Origin: Promethearchaeota archaeon
Lineage (GTDB): Archaea > Asgardarchaeota > Lokiarchaeia > Sigyniarchaeales > SOKP01
Reading direction: 5' to 3'
Length of the DNA: 64,000 nt
Assembly (NCBI GenBank): GCA_019057795.1
Contig: JAHLWS010000080.1
Span: 1 to 64,000, forward strand
Below, in pieces: positions 38,527 to 48,543 of the stretch. The notes under the pieces were generated by a model that searched no databases, was not told the DNA's origin, and saw only the letters and a program-made list of their open reading frames with translations. The first letter of the stretch is position 1; every line of letters starts with the position of its first letter. The translations under genes were made by a program, and so were the position numbers.

Positions 38527-40563
38527 TTGACTGTTAAAGAAGAAAAAGTAAAGCCAATAGAAGATATTGAAGAAAAAACTGTATTTCAAGATTCAAAAGA
38601 TGAAGAGCCTCGGATTGGCGTTTTCATATGCCATTGCGGGCATAATATTGCTGGAACTGTAGATGTCGCGAAAGTAGCAGAATACGCAGGAACTTTACCC
38701 AATGTGGTAAAAGCAGAGCATTACATGTTTATGTGTTCAAAGCCAGGCGTTCAGATGATTAAGGATTCCATTAAAGAATTAGGAGTTAATAGAACTGTCG
38801 TAGCAAGTTGTTCTAAAAACCAGCACGGCAGAACATTTGCGAGAGCTATCGCTGAAGAGGGTATTAATAAACACCGCCACCAACAAGTTAATATACGGGA
38901 ATATTGTAGTTGGGTTCATAAAAAAGAAGAAGAAAAAGCGACTGCAAAATCGCTTCGTTTGGTAGAAGCTGGAGTTAATCGAGCTCGAAAACTTGACGAT
39001 GTAGAAACAAGGCGAGTTACGACCACTAAAGCAGCTTTGGTTATTGGAGGGGGTATCGCGGGACTCCGATCTGCTCACGATATGGCAGAATTAGGAATAC
39101 CAGTGTTTTTAGTTGAGAAAAACTCTACGATAGGAGGTCATATGACGAGGTTGAATAAAACATTTCCAACCTTAGAGTGTCCTCAATGTTCAATATCTCC
39201 TTTAACTAACGGTGTGGCGAATCATCCATTAATTGAGCTTTATACAAATGCTCAAGTTAAAAATGTTGAGGGCTCGTTAGGAAATTTTGAAATTGAAATC
39301 GAAATTAAACCTCGGTATGTTAAAGATAATTGTACATCTTGTGGTGAGTGCTCCTTACATTGCCCAGTAGAAGTACCAAGCGAATGGGATAAAGGTATGT
39401 CTATACGGAACGCTATTTATAAAGCATATCCTCAAGCAATTCCCGCAACATTCGTACGGGACAAGAAGGCTTGTATTGAGTGTAATACATGTATTAACCT
39501 ATGTCCAGTTCAAGCGATTGATTTTTCGATGCAACCTGAAACTAAAACTGTTAAAGTTGGCTCAATTATAGTTGCTGCGGGTTTTAGCGAATACGATCCT
39601 ACGGAAATTGAACCCTACCACTATGGGCAAGAGGGATACGAAGATGTCATTACTCAATTGAAATTGGAAAGAATGTTATCACCAACTTCTTTAACAAATA
39701 GCGAAGTATTGCGACCATCTGACGGAAAATTTCCTAAAAGCATTGTAATAATTCAATGTGTAGGTAGTAGAAACGACCAAGTCGGCAATCAATATTGTAC
39801 GGGCGTTTGTTGTAAATTTGCGATAAAAAACGCTCGAATCGTAAAAGAAATGTATCCTGACACCGATGTAACGATTTGTTACATTGATATAAGAACTCCT
39901 GGATTAAATTTCGAAGAATTATATAAATCTGCTCAAGAAGTTGGGGTCAGATTCATCAGAGGGAGACCTTCAGAAATCATTAAGGATCCTATTAGTGGAG
40001 AGTTAACAGTTATTGTAGAAGACACTTTGAGCATGACGCCTTTGCAATTGTCAGCTGATTTGGTAGTATTATCAGCAGCTATGGTGCCTCCCGAAGGAAT
40101 AGGGCCGCTAGGTTCTAAACTTCACGTATTACGCTCAAAAGAAGGATTCTTAAAAGAATTTCACATAAAAATGAACCCTACATTAAGTAGCAAAGGAGGA
40201 ATATTTTTAGCAGGTGCGATCCAAGGGCCAAAAGATATTACTGAGACTGTAGCTCACGCGGGAAACGCTGCCGCTCTAGCCGCTGCACCATTGGTAAAAG
40301 GCTACATAGAAAAGGAAATGTTAGTTCCAACGATAGATTACGAATTATGTGTTAATTGTGGAATTTGCAAAACAATTTGTGCACCAGCTGCTATTGATAT
40401 TGACGAAAACGGAAGACCTACAGTCAACGAAGTAGCGTGTAAATCATGCGGCATGTGCATGGCAAGTTGCCCAACGAGTGCAATTCAATTGATTAATTTC
40501 ACAGAGGATCAACTATACGATGAAATAATCGCTGTATCAGGCGGAGGTGCCGTGTGCGAATGA
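38527..40563 (+). CDS. hdrA: Heterodisulfide reductase subunit A
   Basis: GVFICHCG.NI, GGGIAG, KTFPTLECPQC, QCVGSR, CTGVCC, ferredoxin motifs. Confidence 0.96.
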   Translation: MTVKEEKVKPIEDIEEKTVFQDSKDEEPRIGVFICHCGHNIAGTVDVAKVAEYAGTLPNVVKAEHYMFMCSKPGVQMIKDSIKELGVNRTVVASCSKNQHGRTFARAIAEEGINKHRHQQVNIREYCSWVHKKEEEKATAKSLRLVEAGVNRARKLDDVETRRVTTTKAALVIGGGIAGLRSAHDMAELGIPVFLVEKNSTIGGHMTRLNKTFPTLECPQCSISPLTNGVANHPLIELYTNAQVKNVEGSLGNFEIEIEIKPRYVKDNCTSCGECSLHCPVEVPSEWDKGMSIRNAIYKAYPQAIPATFVRDKKACIECNTCINLCPVQAIDFSMQPETKTVKVGSIIVAAGFSEYDPTEIEPYHYGQEGYEDVITQLKLERMLSPTSLTNSEVLRPSDGKFPKSIVIIQCVGSRNDQVGNQYCTGVCCKFAIKNARIVKEMYPDTDVTICYIDIRTPGLNFEELYKSAQEVGVRFIRGRPSEIIKDPISGELTVIVEDTLSMTPLQLSADLVVLSAAMVPPEGIGPLGSKLHVLRSKEGFLKEFHIKMNPTLSSKGGIFLAGAIQGPKDITETVAHAGNAAALAAAPLVKGYIEKEMLVPTIDYELCVNCGICKTICAPAAIDIDENGRPTVNEVACKSCGMCMASCPTSAIQLINFTEDQLYDEIIAVSGGGAVCE

Positions 40564-41012
40564 GTGATTGTGAAACTTCTGACGAATATATTAAAGAGAG
40601 GATTCAAAACATTGTTGTTTTCATGTGTAACGAGTGCGGTCAAGGCTCAGCAAACACCGCTGGTGTCGCTCGAATGTCGTACGACGCTGCAATAAGAATA
40701 ATTAGAGTACAATGCACAGGTCAAATTGGACCCATTCAGATTACGGACGCTTTGAACAATGGAGCCGACGCAGTAGCTTGCGTAGGATGTTGTTTAGGAG
40801 CATGTCATTTCTTTAACGGAAATATTTTATCAATGCACCGAATAAAATTAATGAAAAAGCTTTTTAAGGAATTGGGATATAGCGACCAGTTTGTAAACCA
40901 ATACACGTCGCGAGCTGCTGAAGGTGAAACTTCTGTTGGCGATTTTGAAGACATTATAGATCGATTAACAACTGCAATTATACAAAAGGGGACGATAAAA
41001 GATGGATGTTAG
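40560..41012 (+). CDS. mvhD: MvhD/FlpD [2Fe-2S] subunit
   Basis: FMCNECG, RVQCTG, GADAV..VGCCLGACHF..GN. Confidence 0.9.
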   Translation: MSDCETSDEYIKERIQNIVVFMCNECGQGSANTAGVARMSYDAAIRIIRVQCTGQIGPIQITDALNNGADAVACVGCCLGACHFFNGNILSMHRIKLMKKLFKELGYSDQFVNQYTSRAAEGETSVGDFEDIIDRLTTAIIQKGTIKDGC

Positions 41013-42243
41013 AATTTTTCAATTTAACGGTTGTAATAAATGCTACAATGAAACATTACTACTTAAAGAAGACTCAGAATATAGTATAGAATTCGTCTCT
41101 GATCCTAAAAATTGGAAAGGAGAAAAAGTCGATATTTCGGTAATAACAGGGTATTTAATCCCAGATGACTTAAAGCATTTAAACAAAATTAAAGATAATT
41201 CAGAAAAAGTTATTGCTTATGGAAATTGCGCAGCGACCGGAGGCGTATTTGCTTTAGCAAACCAGAAAGGACACGATGTTACTCCTTTACAAAACTTAAT
41301 TGGAGACTCGCAAAATATCAATGGCTGTTTAGGAGAGATTGAAGAGTTAAAGAATACAATCGATGAGAAGGAAATACATAAACTTAAAAATTTATGCGAA
41401 GTTTGTTCCCGAAAAGCAACTTGCGAATATTTAGAAGAAATAAAGCGACAAATAGAATTAGACGATTCCAGTACTTGTTTTAACGACTTAGGTTTTCTCT
41501 GTAGTGGTTTTATCGCAAAAGAATGTAAAGAGAGATGTATTGATTACAACACTCCTTGTAGGGGCTGTAAGCCAAGCATAGACCGTTCTGGGATTCGAAT
41601 GCTCGGACTGTTCGGAACATTGGCGGGGAATGTAGAGATTGCGACTGAACATTCAGTTAAAGGAGCTACAGATAAGCTTGCAGACGAAGATGACGACTTA
41701 ACTGATGGTTTACCTGATATAGTCGGTAACTTTTTTAGGTTTACACTACCTACTTCTGGTTTACCAAAGGGTAGAATACCTTCGTCAGGAACGCTGTTAG
41801 AAGACCTATTTATTGGTAGGCTAATAGAAGAGATTCCTTTGATAACAGGACTTTTAGGCGGTAGTAAATCGATCTCATTAACGCTTAAATTCATTGAATC
41901 CTACGAAAAAGCGAATGAAATAAAAGTAAGCGAACAAGTCAAAAAATTTCGCAGTGAATTGCTAACATTAGAAGATGAATTGCTAAACGCAATTGATAAA
42001 GAAGATTCTACTAAATATAAAGAAGTCACTGAGAAAATAAGAAAAATTGCCGGGAATATGAATTTATCGAATTTGTATTTTGGTGGTTTCAAAACAAAAA
42101 TTAATGATAGCGATAATTTTGACGATTATAAAACCCATATTTTTGAAATAGTGGAAGGAACCTATAAAAATGGTTCTGTAGAATATAAAATAGATTCAGA
42201 TGGTATTTTAACAGAAATAAAAATAAAAGAGGGATTAGTATGA
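41002..42243 (+). CDS. MvhG/group-3 hydrogenase small-subunit-like Fe-S protein with C-terminal extension
   Basis: GCNKC, AYGNCAATGG, NGC, CEVC, CF...LCSG...C...C......CRGC. Confidence 0.8.
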   Translation: MDVRIFQFNGCNKCYNETLLLKEDSEYSIEFVSDPKNWKGEKVDISVITGYLIPDDLKHLNKIKDNSEKVIAYGNCAATGGVFALANQKGHDVTPLQNLIGDSQNINGCLGEIEELKNTIDEKEIHKLKNLCEVCSRKATCEYLEEIKRQIELDDSSTCFNDLGFLCSGFIAKECKERCIDYNTPCRGCKPSIDRSGIRMLGLFGTLAGNVEIATEHSVKGATDKLADEDDDLTDGLPDIVGNFFRFTLPTSGLPKGRIPSSGTLLEDLFIGRLIEEIPLITGLLGGSKSISLTLKFIESYEKANEIKVSEQVKKFRSELLTLEDELLNAIDKEDSTKYKEVTEKIRKIAGNMNLSNLYFGGFKTKINDSDNFDDYKTHIFEIVEGTYKNGSVEYKIDSDGILTEIKIKEGLV

Positions 42244-44705
42244 GCTTTGAACTATTACAAAAAGAAATTATTGACGCAGGTTTATGCCAAGGTTGTGGTT
42301 TGTGTGTAGGTTATTGCAAGCACGTAGAAATGGAAACACTGCGTCCAGTATTAAAAGATTATTGTATTTTAGAAAGAGAGGGACAAAAATGCGGTAAATG
42401 CTACGAGAATTGTCCTCAAGTAATACAGAAAAAATTCAAAGAAATGCAACCAAAAGGAATGTATTCCTTAAGAAGCACAGACTCCGAAATTTTAGCAAGG
42501 GCTTCAAGTGGTGGATTTGTAACCACAATCGCCAGGCATCTTTTAAAAGAAAAAGAACTGTCTGAAATCGTCATGGTACAAAATATTAACGACTTACCAA
42601 AAGCAAGTATAGTAACAGACCCAGATGATGTTGTTCAAAAAGCTGGGGTTGTATACGGACGATCAGGCGTTTTACAAAAATTAGTGGAGGTAACAGGAGA
42701 AAATTTCGAGCCTTTAGGAATTATTGGAGTTCCCTGCGAAATTAGAGGCGCTGCTGAACTTGAAGAGGAAATGAAAAGAGAAATCCTCAAAATGGGGTTA
42801 TTTTGTAATTCAAGTATTCGAACTGAATATACTGATAGAGGATTAATTCAATCACCGTGCTCTGGTGGATGTCCTTCAGGAGTTGATGCTCGAGGTTATA
42901 TTGCCTTAATCCGTGATGGACATTATTTTGAAGCTGTGGATTTAATACGTGAAAAGAATCCTTTACCCTCTATTTGCGGAAGAATCTGTACGCACGAATG
43001 TGAGCATGGATGCTCATTAATAGGATCAGATACCCCCGTTGCTATTCGAGAATTAAAGAAATTTGTTACCGAATATGAAATTGAACATGGTAAAGCTATA
43101 AGTGCTAAAGACGGCAAAAAACTAGGAAAGAAAGTTGCAATCATAGGTTCTGGACCAGCAGGTTTAACAGCGGGCTATTTTCTATCCCTTAAAGGGTATT
43201 CGCCCACTATTTTCGAAAAAACGGATCAAACAGGTGGAATGTTAAGATTTGGAGTACCTCAATTCAGATTACCTAATTACATACTCGATTACGATGTAGA
43301 GACTATTAAAAATGTTGGAGTGGAAATAGAATTTAACAAACCGTTAGGTCCTAATATGACTATTGAAGATTTAAAAAAAAATGGCTTTGAAGCGATTTTT
43401 ATCGCAACAGGCCAATATAAACCTCGTACATTACATCTTGAAGGTGAGGACCTACCAAATGTATTTGTTGCTATTAATTTCCTTATCGATAGGAAATATC
43501 GCGAATGGACAAAATTAGAAGAATTTAAGGGTAAAACAATTGGTATTATAGGTGGAGGTCCCGTAGCCGTCGATGTAGCTCAAACAGCTCTGAGATTGGG
43601 CGCTGAAAAAGTACACCTTGTAGATATTATGTCTGAAAAAGATCTTGAACTTACATTGAGAGAGATTCCAGATGAAGAATATAAATACATGGAATACCAT
43701 TTTGGAACATCAACCTCTAAAATAACCAAAGGAAAAGGCGATGGATTGATATTAAATAGTCACAAAATTGAATGGGGAGAACCTGACGATACTGGCAGAC
43801 GCCCGCTAAATAAAGTTGAAGGCTCTGATTACGAAATTGCAATCGATTCTATAGTTATTGCGGTTGGACAAACAGTGGATTTCAATTTAATTGATATAGC
43901 TACAAATAACAAACTCAAAAAAGAACGGAACAAGATCGATGTCAATCCTATAACATTTGAAACTAATATTCCAGGTGTTTTTGCTGGCGGGGATATTATC
44001 TCGAACTCAAAAGCCGTTGCTATCGCAGCAATTGCTCACGGAAAAGAAGCTGCAACCTCGATAGACCGTTATTTAAAAGGACAAGATCTTACAACTGGTC
44101 GTTTTAAAGAAGATAGAATGTTTTTCGCTGGACAAAAGAAACCGCCAAAAGACTTTTCTTTAAAACCAGAATCATTAGAAGAAGCTACAGAGAATATTGA
44201 ATGGAACTTTGATGAAATCGATTCGATGTTTAACGAAGACATGGCGTTAGCGGAAGCGAAACGTTGCTTAAGCTGTAACCACTACTGTTTACATTGTCAA
44301 GATTTTCCTGCGATCTATTCGGACTTTACAGCCGGCGAAGTAGGCTCTGAAAAAGGATTTACTACGGTTGTAGCATGGACGGATAGAGGAAAAGAAATTA
44401 TTGAAAACTCAATTAAAAAAGGTTTGTTTGAAGTAGGAAGCGTTAACGAGGAAGAATTAAAGGAAGCTATCAATCTGAAGTCAAAAAGAGAATTAAAAAT
44501 CCTAAATAAAACGCCCAGACAAGAAGTCTTAAATTATATCGTACGCTTAGGACCAGCCACTATTAGTAAAATCGCTGGAATTTTGGATTTAGGAGCGAAA
44601 AAGGTTCGATACGAAGCCTTAAGGTTAGTTCAATTAAACCAGATTGAGATGAAAGTTGAGCCTGGTATGGACGAGCCAATTTTTTCACCTATCTGTGAAG
44701 ATTAA
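42240..44705 (+). CDS. Ferredoxin-FrhB/FdhB protein with a nested GltD/SudA/NfnB module and C-terminal wHTH
   Basis: SSGGFVT, GVPCE, GLFC, then PCSGGCP, CGRIC...CE, GSGPAG, GGG, FAGGD, EAKRCLSC, then CLHCQDF...GEVGS..GFTTV; TISKIAGILDL. Confidence 0.88.
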   Translation: MSFELLQKEIIDAGLCQGCGLCVGYCKHVEMETLRPVLKDYCILEREGQKCGKCYENCPQVIQKKFKEMQPKGMYSLRSTDSEILARASSGGFVTTIARHLLKEKELSEIVMVQNINDLPKASIVTDPDDVVQKAGVVYGRSGVLQKLVEVTGENFEPLGIIGVPCEIRGAAELEEEMKREILKMGLFCNSSIRTEYTDRGLIQSPCSGGCPSGVDARGYIALIRDGHYFEAVDLIREKNPLPSICGRICTHECEHGCSLIGSDTPVAIRELKKFVTEYEIEHGKAISAKDGKKLGKKVAIIGSGPAGLTAGYFLSLKGYSPTIFEKTDQTGGMLRFGVPQFRLPNYILDYDVETIKNVGVEIEFNKPLGPNMTIEDLKKNGFEAIFIATGQYKPRTLHLEGEDLPNVFVAINFLIDRKYREWTKLEEFKGKTIGIIGGGPVAVDVAQTALRLGAEKVHLVDIMSEKDLELTLREIPDEEYKYMEYHFGTSTSKITKGKGDGLILNSHKIEWGEPDDTGRRPLNKVEGSDYEIAIDSIVIAVGQTVDFNLIDIATNNKLKKERNKIDVNPITFETNIPGVFAGGDIISNSKAVAIAAIAHGKEAATSIDRYLKGQDLTTGRFKEDRMFFAGQKKPPKDFSLKPESLEEATENIEWNFDEIDSMFNEDMALAEAKRCLSCNHYCLHCQDFPAIYSDFTAGEVGSEKGFTTVVAWTDRGKEIIENSIKKGLFEVGSVNEEELKEAINLKSKRELKILNKTPRQEVLNYIVRLGPATISKIAGILDLGAKKVRYEALRLVQLNQIEMKVEPGMDEPIFSPICED

Positions 44706-44738
44706 TTAAAAATTCAAAAATAAAAAGAGGTAAAAACT

Positions 44739-44975
44739 ATGAAATTTGATCAAGAATTAAATGTGTGTGGTTTAGTTTGTCCCGTACCTGCGTTGAAAAC
44801 CAAAAAGCAACTCATGAAGATGCGACCCGGTACCGTATTAAAGGTGATAACTGACTATAGACCCGCAAGTGAGTCAGTTCCACGTGATTTAGCAAAGACT
44901 AAACATAAACATTTAGGGACCGATTTTCTCGAAGATGACGAGCAATGGTTAATGTATTTTGAGTCAGTAAAATAA
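44739..44975 (+). CDS. tusA: Second TusA/SirA sulfur carrier
   Basis: CGLVCPVP, LKVITD. Confidence 0.9.
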   Translation: MKFDQELNVCGLVCPVPALKTKKQLMKMRPGTVLKVITDYRPASESVPRDLAKTKHKHLGTDFLEDDEQWLMYFESVK

Positions 44976-45185
44976 AACTACAAAACTTTTTTTTATTTTT
45001 TTTATTTATTTTTTGAACAACTGATTTCATTAAGACTAAATATAAACATTTAAGGATGGATTTTACGAGCTCTGCAAAATTCCGTTTACTTCTCATTATT
45101 TAAATATTTTAAAAACCTAGATCAACTTATTATATTGATATGATTCGAGAATAATATTTGAAGATAATAGCCTACGATGAGATAA

Positions 45186-45773
45186 ATGGGAAGAATAAAA
45201 TCTTTTATCCATAAATTATCGGCTGATATAAAAAGTTTAGGTAACAAAGATATTAACTTTATTCAGATGCGTCTTCTAGTGTCAAATATAACTCCTGAAT
45301 TTGAACAAAGTATTAAACAAAAAGTATCTCAAGGGATACTCAAAGCTGAGATTCGGGAAGCAAGCATGGAAGATGTTGATAGTTTAATCAAGCTTCATGA
45401 TCTCGCATGGCATTCGACCCCAATGCCGTATAGACCTTTAGATAAAGAAAATATAGTTAAAATGCTCAAAGATGAAGATATAATCTTCCTAATCGCTAAA
45501 ATTGAAGGAAAAGACAGTGGATTTGCCTTGATCTATTTTACAGGAACAGATAGAAAAATTAGTGTTATCGCGGGTTTGGGAATCCTTCCAGAATTGCAAA
45601 GAAAGGGATTAGGAACTATGTTAGGTTTAGCGAGCTGGGATTACTTTAAGAAGAAGGGAGTGAAAGAATTACGATGTAAGGTGTATAAAGACAATAAAAC
45701 ATCCTACAATTTCATACGAGGTCTCAAGTTCGAGGAATATGATGAGGATTTCGTTCAATGGAAGCTTTTTTAG
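45186..45773 (+). CDS. GNAT acetyltransferase
   Basis: ILPELQRKGLG, VYKDNKTSYNF. Confidence 0.9.
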   Translation: MGRIKSFIHKLSADIKSLGNKDINFIQMRLLVSNITPEFEQSIKQKVSQGILKAEIREASMEDVDSLIKLHDLAWHSTPMPYRPLDKENIVKMLKDEDIIFLIAKIEGKDSGFALIYFTGTDRKISVIAGLGILPELQRKGLGTMLGLASWDYFKKKGVKELRCKVYKDNKTSYNFIRGLKFEEYDEDFVQWKLF

Positions 45774-45838
45774 CTGTTAGAGCCAATTTTTTAATTTATT
45801 ACTTTAAAGTTTTTAATGATGTTATAATCATTTAACTT

Positions 45839-46585
45839 ATGGAAAAAGATTCAGAACATTACGGAGATAAATTCCAACAAAAATCTAAATATGTTAGAAA
45901 CAGAATGCCCCAACATATTTTAGATTGGTCGAGAAGGCCGAAAACATATAAAACATATCCGAACGCAATAAAACAAATCGAACTTCCAAAACCTGATTTT
46001 GAGAAAACGATTGATTTTTGGAGAGTAATTAGAAATCGGCACTCAACCAGAAAATTCACTAAAGATCCTATATCTTTAATGGATCTCAGTTTGCTCTTAT
46101 TTGGAATGTCTGGGTTAAACAGGATTTTTCCTCAATTTGCTTTTAGAACGGTACCATCGGCGGGCGGTTTGTATCCAATCGAAATCTACCCTGTAGTTAA
46201 TAATGTTACCAGTTTAGAAAAAGGTGTCTACCATTATAATATTAAAGAACATTCACTAGATTTATTAAAAGAAGGAGATATTAGAGGTAAGGTGGCTGAG
46301 GGGTGTCTTGGTCAAAATATGGCTTTTATTTCAGCTGTGAATTTTATTTGGACGGCTATGATTGGCCGCTCTCAATGGAAGTATTTACAGAGGTGTTATA
46401 GATATATATATTTAGATGCAGGGCACATTGGACAGAATTTTTATCTGATTGCTGAAGCGCTTGGTTTGGGAGCTTGTACTGTTGGAGCAATTTATGATGA
46501 TGAATTGAATATCTTGCTCGAAATCGACGGAATTAATGAAACTTCGATCTATGTTGGTGTATTAGGTAAAAAATTTAAAGAATAA
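45839..46585 (+). CDS. SagB/ThcOx-family nitroreductase
   Basis: RHSTRKF, RTVPSAGGLYPIE, DAGHIGQN. Confidence 0.92.
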   Translation: MEKDSEHYGDKFQQKSKYVRNRMPQHILDWSRRPKTYKTYPNAIKQIELPKPDFEKTIDFWRVIRNRHSTRKFTKDPISLMDLSLLLFGMSGLNRIFPQFAFRTVPSAGGLYPIEIYPVVNNVTSLEKGVYHYNIKEHSLDLLKEGDIRGKVAEGCLGQNMAFISAVNFIWTAMIGRSQWKYLQRCYRYIYLDAGHIGQNFYLIAEALGLGACTVGAIYDDELNILLEIDGINETSIYVGVLGKKFKE

Positions 46586-46619
46586 AAATAAAAAATGCAT
46601 GGAGCAATTCTTTTTTTGC

Positions 46620-46799
46620 TCAAATTTCCAACCCAAAATCCCAATTGTTTAGGATAACATCATCAATAGAACTCGGTCCTTTTTTTAATTTTTCTTGGAT
46701 TTCTCGAGTTTTTATGTCATCTTTCCAAACCGCATCCGTAGCTGCTTGAAGGATTGTATCTATTTCCTTTTTTATATTATCCTTGCTTGTTAATTTCAT
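46620..46799 (-). CDS. Small hypothetical protein (59 aa, not in ORF track)
   Basis: MKLTSKDNIKKEIDTILQAATDAVWK...NWDFGLEI*; TTTTAAATA about 25 bp upstream (leaderless). Confidence 0.55.
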   Translation of the reverse strand: MKLTSKDNIKKEIDTILQAATDAVWKDDIKTREIQEKLKKGPSSIDDVILNNWDFGLEI

Positions 46800-47142
46800 G
46801 GTAAGATAAAATATTATTGTTAATTATTTAAAAGTAAAGACGCATGTTATTTTTAAAAAACCTTTGGGTAATTTGGGTAAAGAATTAATAAATATATAAT
46901 TTTTGTATTAATTAATTAACATTTTTTATACTTTTAGTAAAAAATATGATGATACATTAATTTAAACAATCTTATCTTTTTAGAAAAAGATTTTTAATCG
47001 TATGTTTTATCAATTATTTAGAGTTTTTTCGCAATATCCATCTCGTAAGAAAATCATCTAAATAGAATTGGATTATTAATATTTAACATGATATAAATAG
47101 AATGATGATTTCATTAAATTATATATTGGAGGGAATAAAGTT

Positions 47143-48492
47143 ATGAATGAAACTAGCAAGTTTTCAAAGATAAGAGAGAAATTAAGCAACTTATTTCATA
47201 GAATATTTGAACCAAGTCATATTTTTTATACAATTACATTTTTTATTGTAGTTGTAATAATTTCTTTACTAAGTTTTATTGCAAGTCCTATTATTGGAAA
47301 TGTTTTACTATTTATTACATCAACTTTCTCGTTAACATTTATATTTTTAACGATTTTTGGAGTAGTTCCAAATCTGAAATCTTTTTTATTTTCACCCGAT
47401 AAAAAATTTGATCGAAGGAAGATTTTTAGTTTAATAATCGCATTTGGAATTAGCACGGTTATTATTGCATTGTACTTTATTTTAACTTCTCTTCCTGAAT
47501 TCCCGATTCAATTCTTAAAATGGGATTACGTTCTTCCATATTTATTTGTTGGTATATATTTTGGTTGGAATGTTATTCAAATTTTTTTTATTAGAGTAGG
47601 ATTTGAACAATATTCTATAAAAGTTGACAATTGGGTATTAAAAGATAAAGAAGACTTTAAACAGAATCAATTCTTAAGTTCAATATTTCTAATTTTAGCT
47701 TTAGCAGTGCCTGTGTTAATCCAAATAGGCACATATTTTGGATTTATTGATTATTTTGAGGCTGATCCTGGTAATCTTTTTGATCCATTGTTATGGTTTA
47801 ATGGTTGGAATATTGCTATGTTTGTAGTTATTGTTATTATATCTTGGCGTTTAGTTACTATATATATTAAAAGCCAAAGAAATGAAACTCCAAACGTATT
47901 TTCCTCAATATTTTACATTTTAATTTGGATTATTATTTGGTATAGATCGTTTAGTTTTATAAATTCGTTTAGAAGCGTAGCTCAAGCTGGGGGAATTGAT
48001 TTTTTCAGAATATTAATGGATATTCTTTTAATGATCTTTACTACGATCATGGTTTTAAAGGGATTAGGAACAAAAGTTACAAGGTCTAGAATTTTAAATG
48101 AAGATAATTTAGCTTTTTTACTTTTTGCTTTTACTATTTTATATATTGAAGGCCAAATTGTCATGATAACTGGAGCTGGTGCTTTAACAGGATCTTTTAC
48201 TGATAGAAATCAGATAAGTATGTTAAACAACTTTTTGATTTTAGTAGTGACTATAAGCTTTTACTGGTGGTATTCTGAATACACATTAGAAAGAAAGGGT
48301 CTAATTCTTAGGAAAGCCTTTAAACCAGAGGAAGTCATTGTTGTTGTTAAAGATTTTAAAGAATATTTAATTAATAGCGGTGCTCTTGATGCAAATAAAA
48401 TAAATGATTGGGAATTCCAGAATTTTTTAAAACAAAAGAAATTAAATATAAAGGAATCGGGTAAACCTGAATCAGAGAAAGTGGACGAATAG
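47143..48492 (+). CDS. Polytopic membrane protein
   Basis: About 10 hydrophobic segments; GGAGG upstream. Confidence 0.8.
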   Translation: MNETSKFSKIREKLSNLFHRIFEPSHIFYTITFFIVVVIISLLSFIASPIIGNVLLFITSTFSLTFIFLTIFGVVPNLKSFLFSPDKKFDRRKIFSLIIAFGISTVIIALYFILTSLPEFPIQFLKWDYVLPYLFVGIYFGWNVIQIFFIRVGFEQYSIKVDNWVLKDKEDFKQNQFLSSIFLILALAVPVLIQIGTYFGFIDYFEADPGNLFDPLLWFNGWNIAMFVVIVIISWRLVTIYIKSQRNETPNVFSSIFYILIWIIIWYRSFSFINSFRSVAQAGGIDFFRILMDILLMIFTTIMVLKGLGTKVTRSRILNEDNLAFLLFAFTILYIEGQIVMITGAGALTGSFTDRNQISMLNNFLILVVTISFYWWYSEYTLERKGLILRKAFKPEEVIVVVKDFKEYLINSGALDANKINDWEFQNFLKQKKLNIKESGKPESEKVDE

Positions 48493-48543
48493 AAAATTAG
48501 ATTATAGGTAAAACTTTAAAGAAAATTAAGTTTAAGAAATTTT

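Noticed and set aside
38527-41012. Selenocysteine recoding in hdrA/mvhD
   Set aside because: The usual Sec positions are Cys codons here. The hdrA TGA overlaps the mvhD ATG in another frame, so readthrough gives no fusion. No SECIS was recognised.
45186-46585. RiPP (azole peptide) cluster around SagB
   Set aside because: There is no YcaO or precursor peptide nearby; stand-alone SagB-type nitroreductases are common in archaea.
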